Program-made: the position numbers and the translations under genes
Source: Edaphobacter aggregans
GTDB lineage: Bacteria > Acidobacteriota > Terriglobia > Terriglobales > Acidobacteriaceae
Direction of reading: 5' to 3'
Length of the DNA stretch: 32,000 nt
Assembly: GCF_003945235.1 (NCBI RefSeq)
Contig: NZ_RSDW01000001.1
Coordinates: 5,670,001 to 5,702,000 of the forward strand
Notes under the pieces: model-generated
What the model was told of the DNA's origin: nothing
Databases searched by the model: none
The model's input: only the letters and a program-made list of their open reading frames with translations
Shown: positions 1-9,613 of the stretch, piece after piece
Numbering within the stretch: position 1 is the first letter of the stretch
Layout of the letters: every line of letters starts with the position of its first letter

Positions 1-1
1 C

Positions 2-253
2 TGTCGCTGCGACACACTGCGCCTCTCCAGAACAATCTTTCAGAATTACGAAAGTGGTCTTACTGAGCATACGGAGTCGATAGACCCAGCCACGGAGAAT
101 AACCTCTCTTTGAGTGACTTCAGAAAGGGATTGAATGAAGATACGCGTGGTCGCCTTAGTGTGCATCGCAAAAACCTCCCCCAAAAGGAGCATCTTTGCT
201 GGAGCCACGTTTGCGGCGGTACCATCCAGCTTCCGGACAAAACCGGCGCTTGA
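2..253 (+). CDS. 3' end of an unidentified protein-coding gene running off the left edge (partial)
   Basis: Frame 2 is open from the window edge to TGA at 251-253 (...FRKGLNEDTRGRLSVHRKNLPQKEHLCWSHVCGGTIQLPDKTGA*). The listed antisense ORF 46..393 is Arg/Ser/Cys-rich and looks like its shadow. No family recognised. Confidence 0.3.
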   Translation, partial: CRCDTLRLSRTIFQNYESGLTEHTESIDPATENNLSLSDFRKGLNEDTRGRLSVHRKNLPQKEHLCWSHVCGGTIQLPDKTGA

Positions 254-612
254 TTAACGTTATTTCGTAACGATCCGTTTTCCCCTACTAGAGCCTGCTG
301 AAGACAGCTTCTTTTTCGAGGAAACCTCTCAGAGGGGTCTGTCCTCTTCGACGAGTTCTCTCTATTTTGGCATGAGGCGTCCACCGAATACAAATGGAAT
401 CAGCCATTGTGAGTCCATCAGCGTAAGAGCCGATCATCTATCCATAAGCTCACTAAATTGCTCTGGAGAGACGCACGCTTATGTTCTCCAAAATCCTGGA
501 TGGTCGGCAACCCGGAAGTAGTCTCACAGATCAGTCCTATGGAATCAGCTTCTCTTCGCTGATCGATGCCCCCCGAGAAGCGCATTACTCATTACCATTA
601 TGCGAAACGAGG

Positions 613-1137
613 CTATGATCCGTCTCTCCAATCGCGCGCCATAAATCGATCACCTTCGCCCGACAGAACACGCAGGGCTTTGGAGAGATTCCGGCTACGA
701 GCGTCCAACGACTTCAATTGTGAGAAGCAGCGGAGTATTTCCTTCTTTCGATTAGGGACCAGTGCCGTCCAATTCTTCAGTGCCCGTGGATTTTCGTCGA
801 GTGCTTGCTTGAACCATTGCGGCATGCGATGTTGTGGGCCGCTTCGATAATTGGCATCAAATGAGAGTTCCACGGATACACGATCACCCACGGATGTGCC
901 TGATGCCTTTCGGACAGTTTCATGGAGGTACAGATAGAAATCTCCATTTCCCGCCGGCATCAGGTTAATTCGCCAAGGAACCTGGGGCTTATCGTTTATT
1001 CGTACCAAAACAGGAAGCGGTTTGCGCCAGCCCGGTGTGAGAGCCTCCGCCCGAGCGGAACTGACCGCAACAAACGGGTTGATACCTCTTACCTCTATCA
1101 ACGCGCTGAAATGGATAGGCATCGGAGTTCGAATCAC
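613..1137 (-). CDS. DUF1905 / YdeI (OmpD-associated)-like protein
   Basis: The 174-aa ORF has an N-terminal DUF1905-like beta domain (FSALIEVRGINPFVAVS...PVLVRINDKPQVPWRINLMPAGNGDFYLYL). The C-terminal helical part matches YdeI-type proteins (WFKQALDENPRALKNWTALVPNRKKEILRCFSQLKSLDARSRNLSKAL). The start is GTG at 1137 or ATG at 1122. Confidence 0.85.
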   Translation of the reverse strand: MIRTPMPIHFSALIEVRGINPFVAVSSARAEALTPGWRKPLPVLVRINDKPQVPWRINLMPAGNGDFYLYLHETVRKASGTSVGDRVSVELSFDANYRSGPQHRMPQWFKQALDENPRALKNWTALVPNRKKEILRCFSQLKSLDARSRNLSKALRVLSGEGDRFMARDWRDGS

Positions 1138-1413
1138 AATCGGAGATTTGCCTTCTTCATATTGAGATTAATCAGCAACGGTTCAATTTCCCGCTAACCA
1201 ACTCTAACCATTATCCAGAAAGCAGATGAGAGATGCTTGACATATTCGTCCTAGGAATAATCATGAGTCTTAGTAAAAGTCGGCTTCCCGTCAGTAACTT
1301 TCTAGTTTGCCCGTTTACCCTCCCGGAATTTGCATATTGGATTGCGTCGGATGCGCTGGAACGCTCGCTGAGTGCGTTGACTATTTAGGCGCTCATTTAG
1401 AACCCTGTGCTAC

Positions 1414-3876
1414 CTAATCATGCCTCAAGGCAGTCACAGGATTCATCTTCATGGCCCTGAATGCTGGCAGGTAGCCTGCCAGCGTGCCCACCAGCAGCAT
1501 GGTGAGCGAAGCGCCTTCAAGAGTCACAGGATCGGCGGGCGAGAGGCCAAAGACCATATGTGCGATCAGGCGAGTCGCGGCAAGCGTAAAGGGAATTCCC
1601 ACAGCGATGCCTGCCAGCGTAAGCACGACCGCTTCGCGCAGAATCAGTTGCAGAATGCCTCTGCGCTGCGATCCCATCGCCATGCGAATTCCAATCTCGC
1701 GGGTTCGAAGTGTGACGGCGTATGACAGCAGGCCGAAGAGGCCAAATCCGGCAACAAGCAGCGTGATAGAAGCAAAAAATGTAGAGAGTGTCGCCGTCAT
1801 CTGCTCGTAGACAAAGGAGCGCTCGTTTTTCTCTTCGAATGTAGTAATGCCGGTCGCGTACTCGTGGCTAAAGGACCGTATCTTATCGACAGTGGCCTTG
1901 TTGATTCCGGCTGAGGCAGAGCCACGCAGCAGAAGCGTTCCTCCACCGGCAAAGTCGCGGAGCTGAAGAGCGGACGTATAGATGACAGGCGCATTGCCAT
2001 CGCGAATGTCCAGAATCCGCGCGCTTTGAGCAACCCCTACAATCTCAAGATCCTGAAAATCCGGTTGAACGCCAAAACGAATATGTTTCCCGATGGGATC
2101 GCCGGTGGGAAAGAGCTGCTTTGCGATGAGGCTATCGATGATCACCACCGTAGGATGTTGTTTGTCATCGAACCACGTAAAGTCGCGGCCCGACATCAGC
2201 GGAATCGCAAGTGTCTTGAAGAAGCCGGGGGAAACGGTTGCGAGGGTTGCGGTGCTGTTCCCCGCAGGATTGGGATCGGTTACGGCAGAGATCGTCTCCT
2301 TCCAGCCGCTATCGCCGTTTGGCACGGAGAGGTTTGAAAAGGCGGCAGATTTGATCGATGGCAGGTTTGCCATGGCCTCGAGAAGCTGCTTGCGGTAGGT
2401 GCCCGCGTGGAGTTTTTCGTTATCTTGCAGCTGTGGCGTAAGTTGAGCTTCCAGCAGACTCGCTCTCTCAAAGCCGGGATCGAAAGTGCGCAGACTCTTG
2501 AGTGTTCGCAGGAGCAGTCCTGATGCCTGAAGCAGCACAAGCGAGATTGCGATCTGCGCGATGATGAGGGTCTTGCCCAGCGAGCCCATTCCGTAACCGA
2601 GCGTACGTTGATCCGCACACAAGCTTGTGGCAGGATGTTGCCGCGAGAGCTTCCATGCCGGAATAAGGCCGATAAATAATCCGGTCAAAATGGCAGTCAT
2701 CGCAACAAAGGCGCAGATTCGCCAATCGGGTCTCAGGTCGAGCAGAACCGGAACTGCAACGCCCTTGGCCAAAAGACGAACCAGGAGCTTGCTGGCCCAT
2801 ACGGCGAGGAACAGACCTGACAACGCGCCCATCGTCGAGAGGAAGAGGCTTTCAACCACGAACTGTCGAACCGCCTGCCAGGGAGTGGCTCCCAGCGCGA
2901 TGCGAGTGCTGATCTCTTGGCGGCGTACGGTGGCGCGGGCCAGGGCGAGGCTTGCCAGATTGACGCAAACAACAAACAGAATGAGCGCGACGATGCCTGT
3001 GAGCAGATAGAGCGGCTTGAGAAATTTGGAACGGAGATCGATATTTTTGCTGCCGGCGGATGCCGGGTCAATGCGGAATCGCATGGCGAGAAACGACTGA
3101 CGCCTCGGGCCTATGCTCTGCGTGGGAACCGTGTCTTCAAGCAGCCTAGGCCAGAACGTCTGCAACTGGGTGCGCGCCTGTTCGATGCCCGTTCCCTCGT
3201 TCAGCCTCCCCGTCACGAAGACCCACAGCAGTGACCGGCTTTCGAGGTCAGACAGCTGCGCTGCTCCGGCAGGAATGGTGATCTCCGGCGGCGATCCGGC
3301 GATCATGCCCGTAAACCACTTCCGAGTGACACCGATGATGGTGAACAATTTGCCGTCGATGCGGATATTTTTGCCGACGACGGCAGGATCGCCACCGAAG
3401 CGCTCCTGCCATAGCTCGTAGCCGATAACAGCAACCTCCGATATTTGGTTTCCCTGCGTATCTCGGGGAGAGATCAGGCGGCCCATCAGTGGGTTTACTC
3501 CAAGAACGGTGTAGTAGTTTCCGGTGACAGAGTGCACCGCTGATGCGGTGACGCTGCCGTTTGCTTCTACATTGAAGTTCGCGCCCGCGCTCCATCCGCA
3601 GATGTCGGAGAAGACATGCTGCTCACGCTGCAGTTCGGCAAACATCGGATAGGAGATCGGGATACTGGAGCTGTTCCGGTAGATGCCGGAGAACTGGACG
3701 ATCTGTTCGGGATGAGCCAGCGGCAGAGGCCGGAACACAAGAGCGTTGAAGACGGTAAAGACTGCAATGGCGGCCCCAATACCAACGGCAAGAACAATGA
3801 CCACGATATAAGCGAAGCCGGGAGTCCGCGTGAACGCTCGAAATCCATAACGCGCATCCTGCCGCAACGATCCCAT
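1414..3876 (-). CDS. ADOP-family duplicated ABC-type permease (MacB-like periplasmic domain + FtsX, two copies), orphan copy without adjacent PadR
   Basis: 820 aa. The N-terminus MGSLRQDARYGFRAFTRTPGFAYIVVIVLAVGIGAAIAVFTVFNALVFRPLP is the standard ADOP/MacB-like opening. There are two FtsX 4-TM modules and a C-terminal MNPVTALRHD. SD GAGAGGA lies upstream of the ATG. Confidence 0.93.
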   Translation of the reverse strand: MGSLRQDARYGFRAFTRTPGFAYIVVIVLAVGIGAAIAVFTVFNALVFRPLPLAHPEQIVQFSGIYRNSSSIPISYPMFAELQREQHVFSDICGWSAGANFNVEANGSVTASAVHSVTGNYYTVLGVNPLMGRLISPRDTQGNQISEVAVIGYELWQERFGGDPAVVGKNIRIDGKLFTIIGVTRKWFTGMIAGSPPEITIPAGAAQLSDLESRSLLWVFVTGRLNEGTGIEQARTQLQTFWPRLLEDTVPTQSIGPRRQSFLAMRFRIDPASAGSKNIDLRSKFLKPLYLLTGIVALILFVVCVNLASLALARATVRRQEISTRIALGATPWQAVRQFVVESLFLSTMGALSGLFLAVWASKLLVRLLAKGVAVPVLLDLRPDWRICAFVAMTAILTGLFIGLIPAWKLSRQHPATSLCADQRTLGYGMGSLGKTLIIAQIAISLVLLQASGLLLRTLKSLRTFDPGFERASLLEAQLTPQLQDNEKLHAGTYRKQLLEAMANLPSIKSAAFSNLSVPNGDSGWKETISAVTDPNPAGNSTATLATVSPGFFKTLAIPLMSGRDFTWFDDKQHPTVVIIDSLIAKQLFPTGDPIGKHIRFGVQPDFQDLEIVGVAQSARILDIRDGNAPVIYTSALQLRDFAGGGTLLLRGSASAGINKATVDKIRSFSHEYATGITTFEEKNERSFVYEQMTATLSTFFASITLLVAGFGLFGLLSYAVTLRTREIGIRMAMGSQRRGILQLILREAVVLTLAGIAVGIPFTLAATRLIAHMVFGLSPADPVTLEGASLTMLLVGTLAGYLPAFRAMKMNPVTALRHD

Positions 3877-4261
3877 TAGTCCTCTCGGATACTGGTTAAA
3901 TTCTAAAGGGATTTTCGAGAAAGCAGAGCCGATCAGATGAGCAAAACCTTAGATGGCGATATAGCGTGTGTCCTGATATGTGTCGTTGCTCAACTACCTC
4001 TGGCCGCGGCGGTTGTCGCAAGCGATGATTGCAATTGGTAATGGACAGCAACCTGGGCCCTTATGAAATCACCAATGAACGGCTCCTTCCTACACGTCTC
4101 GATAAGCCACCGTGGACTGGCCTGTAAATGGAACCATCCGACATTGGTCGTCGGATGCGGCGGAAATAATCGAAGAGTAGAATGCGCTTGCTTCTTCGAA
4201 GTGCGCTCGTGATGTTCCAGGCACGTTGAGCAGTCTCGGCAGAAGCAGAAAGGGAGCCCCC

Positions 4262-7150
4262 ATGCGAAACGCAGGCTGTGCGGCCATACCCGATTGTAGA
4301 TTAGCGTTGCCTCTGGGAAATCGTAGCATCCGGATCGCCGAACGGGTGATTTTTGCGGTCCTATGTCTTGCTGGCATGTTCGCGGCAAGCCTCATGCGAG
4401 CGCAAAACATGCAACCGCCGGAGCCGGTTGATCCAAGTCCTCTCAATGGCGAGATGTATTACCTCATCAATCAACTCTCCGGTCTGCAAATAGACCTGAA
4501 TAACAACTCGGCCACACCCGGCGACAATATGGTAGTCAACAGGCGAAGTTTCACCAATCTGAGCCAGCGATGGGCATTTATCAAGGCGCTTAGCGGAAAC
4601 TGGAAGATCAGCAATATTCAGAACGGTCTCTGTCTCGACACTGCGGCCGCGCATGGTGTGACACATGCGGTACAGAATCCCTGTGCCATCAACGTTCCCA
4701 CACAGGAGTGGGCCTTCACCTACGTGACTAACGGCTATTACGTGGTCACGAACAGTGCCACGAAGCTTGTGCTGGACGTATCCAACGCAGGTGTTTCTTC
4801 TGGTGCCCAACTGATCGAATCCTCGCTCTCGGGTCCACCGACGCAAAGCCAGTTATGGCTGTTCCGCCCCACGTTTTTCCGCGGCAACGACTCGAGCCTC
4901 CAGGAGAAAACAGAATACGATCGAGCTGCCGTAAACAACTCTTCAATATACCCCTGGTGGCACGACGCCTATCTCCCCGGACAGGATGTGATCCAAATCT
5001 TCAAGAACAACGGGATGAACATGATCCGGGTGCGCCCCGCTTCCATCAACACCACTGTCACCCGCGGAAACATCAGTTTTCCTATTACAACCGGCCCATA
5101 TAACCACTACACGCTCGCATCCCCGCCAGCCACCCAGATTATTCCCGCCACGGCAACCGGGAGCGCCGGAGGCCCCGGGGACTACGCGGAAACAGATTGG
5201 TCTGGCGTCGACCTTGCTGTGCGGGCTAAACAACTCGGCATATCGGTCAACGTAACTCTTTTCTACGATGGCTGGAACACATCCGACACGCCCGGCAACT
5301 GGGCAGGCGCGACCATCGAGCAGTTATCGGGAGTGCCGTCCACTAATGATTGCACCCTTGCCGGGAATTGCCTGATGTACAACTACGTCAAGCAAGAGAT
5401 GGAGCTCTATCGGGCCATGGGCGGCTGGCCGGATGTGGTTGCGCTCGGAAATGAAGTGACCAGCGGTATGTTCAACACGGGTGGCACTGGCGGCTTGAGC
5501 GGCACAAACTGCAACACGAATAACAGTGGAGGCGGAACCTGTTTCATCGCCATACAAAAGGCAGCCATGCAGGCGATTCTCGATGCAGCGTCCGATACGT
5601 CGAGTCCATTGCTTGGCCCCCCGCTTCCGCCGCCCATCCGTTGCATTCACATCACCGGCGATCGTGACTTGTACACCTATTATTACGGAGCAACTGTAAC
5701 CAATGGGATCCCGCTCGACGCAATCTGCGAGAGCTACTATCCGGGCTGGCACGGACCCACGACGCAAGCACAATACAACTGGTTCCACTCGAGCGGGCAG
5801 CAGATTGCCGAGCCTAACTTCGCCAAGGAAGCCACCGAACTTGGTCTGCCGATCTTCAATATCGAGGATGGCGTCTCCTATGCATTGGCTTCTCAGTACA
5901 GCACCGCCAGTCCTCAGGATATCTGGTATGGGATCAATCCGCCCGGACCTTCTGCAGCGTTGGCACGCCAGGCGATGATCGATCTCAACAAGGTGCAGAA
6001 GGCCGTGCCCAATAATCTGCACATGGGCATGGAATGGTGGGCCGGCGAGGCCACGGGCGTTTCGGGCCCGGCGCTCACTTCACTCAATAACTACTGGTGG
6101 ACCGGTGGTGTAGGCATCTTCGACGCCCGGACCACGGCCGGCGATCCCCGTGACAACGCGGCGATGCCCGTTATCCTGGCGTTGGGCGGCAAACTGGATC
6201 CCACCTTGGCCTACAAATTTGTCAATGCCGCCAACGAGCGCGTTTTGGAAACCGCTAACGCCTCTACCGCTGCCGGCGCCGCGTTGAGTACCGGTATGGA
6301 TACGGGGTTAGCGGGCATCCACCAGCAATGGCAAATCGTCTCCCAGGATGGCGATGCTGAACAGAACAGCGCCATTTACCCCGCTCCAATGGATTACCGC
6401 GGAGATGGGTACTTCCAGATCATCAGCCTGAACCAGGCCAAGGGGCTGAACGTTCTGGATTCACAGAACGGAGCGTCAGGTAGCGCGGTAGTGCAAAATC
6501 CCGAGATCGTTAGCGCCGAGGCACTCACCGGGAATGCGAATCAAGAGTGGGACATCCAGTCCGCCGGAAACTGCGGCGATATCCCGGTAAATTGCGCCAA
6601 TCCACCCCTCACCGCAACCGGAAACTATTACACGATCATCAACAAGGCCACCGGAATGCTGTTGACAGCGAATGGAACAGGTCCCAATGTGACCATTGTA
6701 TTGCAGCCCCCAGCCGCTGCCCCTAATGGGGACTTTACGGTTCCTGCCAGCAAAGGCCAGTTGTGGCAGATCGTCCCCGTCCACATCACCGGGCGTGCGG
6801 TCTACCCATTTACTGGTTTCGACTCGCCCGTAGGCAACCCGCCCACAGTGAACGAGGAGAATGCCGGTCGCGCGATTCCCATCGCTTTCAGCCTGGGCGG
6901 CAATCAGGGTCTCGGCCTCATTGTTCCCGACTACCCCACCGTGACGCTGGTTAACTGCAAGAGCCTGTCAGCGATAGGCAGCGCCGTACCGGCGTCAACT
7001 GCAGGCAACAGTGGACTCGGCTATGATGCCGCGTCGAACGCCTATACGTACGTGTGGAAGACCGACAAGAGCCTCAGCGGCACGTGTCAGATGTTCACCC
7101 TTCTCCTGATCGACGGCTCGGACCACGAGGCTTACTTCCAGTTCAAGTAG
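4262..7150 (+). CDS. Secreted multidomain glycosidase: signal peptide - ricin-B/CBM13 - GH53-like endo-beta-1,4-galactanase - ricin-B/CBM13 - C-terminal beta-rich domain
   Basis: Two beta-trefoils each carry three QxW motifs (SQRWAF/TQEWAF/SQLWLF and HQQWQI/NQEWDI/GQLWQI). The central region aligns by eye to GH53: RGNDSSL, DVIQIFKNNGMNMIRVR, DLAVRAKQLGISVNVTLFYDGW, ALGNEVTSGM (acid/base GNE), CESYYPGWHG, IFNIEDG (nucleophile Glu), GMEWWAGE. The C-terminal ~115 aa (AGRAIPIAFSLGGNQGLG...YTYVWKTDKSLSGTCQMF...FQFK) resembles a widespread secreted-protein domain. ATG 4262 has SD AAGGGAG; the ORF-track start at 4226 is the alternative. Confidence 0.85.
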   Translation: MRNAGCAAIPDCRLALPLGNRSIRIAERVIFAVLCLAGMFAASLMRAQNMQPPEPVDPSPLNGEMYYLINQLSGLQIDLNNNSATPGDNMVVNRRSFTNLSQRWAFIKALSGNWKISNIQNGLCLDTAAAHGVTHAVQNPCAINVPTQEWAFTYVTNGYYVVTNSATKLVLDVSNAGVSSGAQLIESSLSGPPTQSQLWLFRPTFFRGNDSSLQEKTEYDRAAVNNSSIYPWWHDAYLPGQDVIQIFKNNGMNMIRVRPASINTTVTRGNISFPITTGPYNHYTLASPPATQIIPATATGSAGGPGDYAETDWSGVDLAVRAKQLGISVNVTLFYDGWNTSDTPGNWAGATIEQLSGVPSTNDCTLAGNCLMYNYVKQEMELYRAMGGWPDVVALGNEVTSGMFNTGGTGGLSGTNCNTNNSGGGTCFIAIQKAAMQAILDAASDTSSPLLGPPLPPPIRCIHITGDRDLYTYYYGATVTNGIPLDAICESYYPGWHGPTTQAQYNWFHSSGQQIAEPNFAKEATELGLPIFNIEDGVSYALASQYSTASPQDIWYGINPPGPSAALARQAMIDLNKVQKAVPNNLHMGMEWWAGEATGVSGPALTSLNNYWWTGGVGIFDARTTAGDPRDNAAMPVILALGGKLDPTLAYKFVNAANERVLETANASTAAGAALSTGMDTGLAGIHQQWQIVSQDGDAEQNSAIYPAPMDYRGDGYFQIISLNQAKGLNVLDSQNGASGSAVVQNPEIVSAEALTGNANQEWDIQSAGNCGDIPVNCANPPLTATGNYYTIINKATGMLLTANGTGPNVTIVLQPPAAAPNGDFTVPASKGQLWQIVPVHITGRAVYPFTGFDSPVGNPPTVNEENAGRAIPIAFSLGGNQGLGLIVPDYPTVTLVNCKSLSAIGSAVPASTAGNSGLGYDAASNAYTYVWKTDKSLSGTCQMFTLLLIDGSDHEAYFQFK

Positions 7151-7168
7151 TAAACAAACAAAAAGGCT

Positions 7169-7206
7169 CCTTCCCAGGCATCTAGTGCACCGGATGCATG
7201 GGAAGG
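7169..7206 (+). terminator. Stem-loop just after the GH53-like gene (possible terminator, no U-tract)
   Basis: CCTTCCCAgGCATC (7169-7182) pairs with GATGCAtGGGAAGG (7193-7206). That is 13 of 14 pairs with a 10-nt loop, 19 nt after the stop codon. No T-run follows. Confidence 0.3.
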
Positions 7207-7295
7207 CGCCACAGAAGGGCCGTTCAGAGCCACGTATGTTGCGTCCGCCCCCGAGAGTGATCAATGATTCGCCTCAAAATAGTCGGCCGCCTTAA

Positions 7296-7907
7296 AGTTT
7301 CCGTAGACTTCCGACTGCCGTGCGTGACTCTCGGCCTAGCCCGACAAGGCGTGCGACGGGTTTGTACCCCGGATTCAAGAGCCTTGGGCAAGGAATGCAC
7401 GCTACGTCGGATTTCGCGTTCCGTAAAACCGGCGAAGCCAAGCAGCACCCCTTCGACTGTGGTGGTCCAGACATCTCCGCGCAAGATGCCTCCGCTCAGG
7501 CTATCTATATCCTTCCCTCGGATCTGGTCAGCCAACAGGGACTTGACCACGCCGGCGAGCCCACCGGCGTTGGTCTGGGTTGGATTCACATCCTGCCAAT
7601 TGACTCCACCTCGCGCATTGTCGAAAAGACTGGTTGCGGAGCCGGCTTCGAAACTTATATCACCATCAACCACTCTCGCCGCACCGCCATCTTTCTGGTC
7701 GCCACAGACGGTTCCGTCGACACTCACCTGAACCTCTTCAATGCTGCGAACAAGCTTCTACTCGCCGTAGCCGGTCTGCCGCCGCCACTGCCGTCGCCCC
7801 CCAACCCGCAGCTAAACACAAGCACCCTCGTCGCCGAGGCTAAGCGAGTTAGCGTCCTCTGTGGTGGGGCTACCAGCCCTGCGGGTGGATTGCCATCCTG
7901 GACCTAA
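7296..7907 (+). pseudogene. C-terminal fragment of a class-C beta-lactamase / serine-hydrolase family gene (N-terminal half missing)
   Basis: GVGLGWIHILP...RIVEKTGCGAGFETYITINHSRRTAIFLVATDG...LFNAANKLL matches the AmpC-type C-terminus (GLGWE...HKTGATGGFGSYVAFIP...IVMLANK...ILNAL). The frame opens only at 7296, 146 nt after the preceding gene. The SxxK and YxN regions (about 180 aa) are therefore absent. Confidence 0.6.
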
Positions 7908-7972
7908 GGTCGGCAACTCGGACACTGATCCACTAAACCAGAGAACTTCCGTTTGACCGAGTCCTTTATCCA

Positions 7973-9604
7973 TTGGACAACATTGCCCATGGAGAACCGA
8001 TACCGCCCGATTCAGATATCGGGCGTTTTTCATTGGAGGAAGCAATGTTTCTGTGTCATTCATTATTGGAAGTGCTTGCCGGGCGAGGCATAGAGGACAT
8101 CGATGCCTTCCTGAAGGTGCCATCCTGGAACGATCTTCCAGATCCCTTTTCGATTTCGTCGATGGAGAAAGCCACGGATCGTGTACTTTGCGCCATCCGC
8201 GGATGCGAACGCATCACCATCTTTGGCGATTACGATTGCGATGGGATTCTTGGAGCCCACATCTTACGAAGCGTATTAACTGGTTTAGGTGCGGCACCGA
8301 GAATCTATCTGCCTCATCGGGACGAAGGCCTATGGCCTCAGTTCGTCCGCAGTCCACCAATTCTCGTGCAGGGGGGGCCGACCTACTTATCACGGTCGAT
8401 AACGGCATCAACGCGCGGGCGACCGTGCGTTTGGCAGAACGGCCGGGGATCGACGTCGTCGTGATCGATTACCACAGCATCCAGGAGCGGGCAGAAACCA
8501 CAGCAGTATGGTCTGATGCATTCTGCGGAGCGGGCCTCGCTGCAATGTTTGCGTGGGCCCTTGCTCTGAGCGCAAGGTGGACCGATATGAAGGTTGAGCG
8601 CCTATTAACCGGGTGCAGTCAATATGCAGCGATTGCTTCGATCGCCGATTGTGTGCCGCTGCTACATGGCACACGAACTCTCACCCGGTTGGGACTCGCC
8701 AAACTCTCGAGGTCGAGGCACAAAGGAATGCAAGAGTTGCTCAAAACCGCCTGTGCCGATCCATCCAACTGGACTCGCGTGACGTGGCCTTCGGCGTCGC
8801 TTCGCGGATGAATGCCGCCGGTAGAATGGCTCATCCAGCCGAGGCGCTTGCTGTGTTCGAGGCTGCACTCGACGAAGAGGCTGCGCGAAAAAGCGTTGAC
8901 AGGCTCAATCATTGGAATCTGGAACGCCGGCGCACCGTCAAGCTGCATTTCGAAGAACTCGTCGAGTCCATAGGAGTAAATATTCCAGCAGGCTTGGTGG
9001 TTCATCGCGAGGAATGCCCGAAAGGTACCGCAGGCCTCCTAGCGAGCAAATGTGTAGAGAGGTATTCGGTTTCCAGCATCGTGCTCGTCCCATCTACAAT
9101 TCCTGGTCAGGCAGTTGGATCAGGAAGAAGCGTCCCGGTGTCAACTGGTAGAGATTCTGCGACCGCTAGGGAAACTGTTTCTTCGTTTCGGAGGGCATGC
9201 TTAGGCAGTCGGTTGATCATGGCTGTTGATGAAATAGAGGAATTTCGAGAGCAGTTTGCTCGGTCGATAGAACCGATGGTGAGAGGAGACAGTCACAGAC
9301 CTGACGCCGAAGCTAAGCTAAATCTGTCGTTCGCCGGGCGCCATTTCTATCAACAGCTACTTCTACTCGAACCGTTGGGAGAAGGGAATCGCCCCCAACG
9401 TTCTCCATCCGCATGGCTGAAGTCCTGAGCGTCAAAAATAAATGGGTACGGATAGGGCAGGGAAGAAGCAGTGTCGAAGTACTCTGCTGGGAAGTGCCAG
9501 TCACAAAACAAATGAAAGGGGACTTCGTCGTTGAGTTTTACGGTAAAACGAGAATTTTGCGCGCATTCACTCCTCGACAAATGGAGAACGAGTCACATGG
9601 ATGA
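7973..9604 (+). pseudogene. recJ: recJ (single-stranded-DNA-specific 5'-3' exonuclease, DHH/DHHA1), heavily disrupted
   Basis: RecJ motifs occur in order but across all three frames: LLEVLAGRGI, ITIFGDYDCDGI, PHRDEG / YGLSSSAV / GADLLITVDNGI, GIDVVVIDYH (DHH changed to DYH, 8467-8475), DVAFGVASRMNAAGRM, NLERR, GSGRSVP / LVEILRPLGKLFLRFGGHA-TAG-AVG, LLLLEPLGEGN / PPTFSIRMAEVLSV...ENESHG*. Frame changes lie near 8328, at the G7 run 8371-8377, near 8770, near 9140, near 9210 and at the C5 run 9392-9396. An in-frame TAG sits at 9202-9204. Confidence 0.85.
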
Positions 9605-9613
9605 TAAGTCGGC
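9566..9613. repeat. Direct repeat copy A: last 39 nt of recJ plus 9-10 nt downstream
   Basis: ttcactcctcgacaaatggagaacgagtcacatggatgataagtcggc matches 30316-30363 at 44 of 48 positions. The final 15 nt are identical. Confidence 0.85.

Noticed and set aside
395-575. 57-aa minus-strand ORF (MRFSGGIDQRREADSIGLICETTSGLPTIQDFGEHKRASLQSNLVSLWIDDRLLR)
   Set aside because: The composition is plausible but there is no motif, no clear ribosome-binding site and it is below the length threshold. It is left unannotated.
1239-1270. TTGACA ... TAATCA promoter-like sequence in the 1138-1413 gap
   Set aside because: The spacer is 13-15 nt and the only downstream ORF is 14 codons. It does not serve either flanking gene, since both are on the minus strand.
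5324-6022. 232-aa minus-strand ORF inside the GH53-like gene, 215-aa ORF 15933..16580 (-) inside a TPR gene, and 227-aa ORF 13341..14024 (+)
   Set aside because: All are Arg/Pro/Gly-rich shadows overlapping genes with clear family signatures on the other strand or frame.
7973-9604. Explaining the recJ (and other) frameshifts as homopolymer sequencing errors
   Set aside because: Only two of at least six recJ shifts lie in homopolymers. There is also a nonsense codon and a catalytic-motif substitution, and ORFs of 820-1214 aa nearby are intact. The possibility is kept as something to verify with reads, but it is not the preferred explanation.
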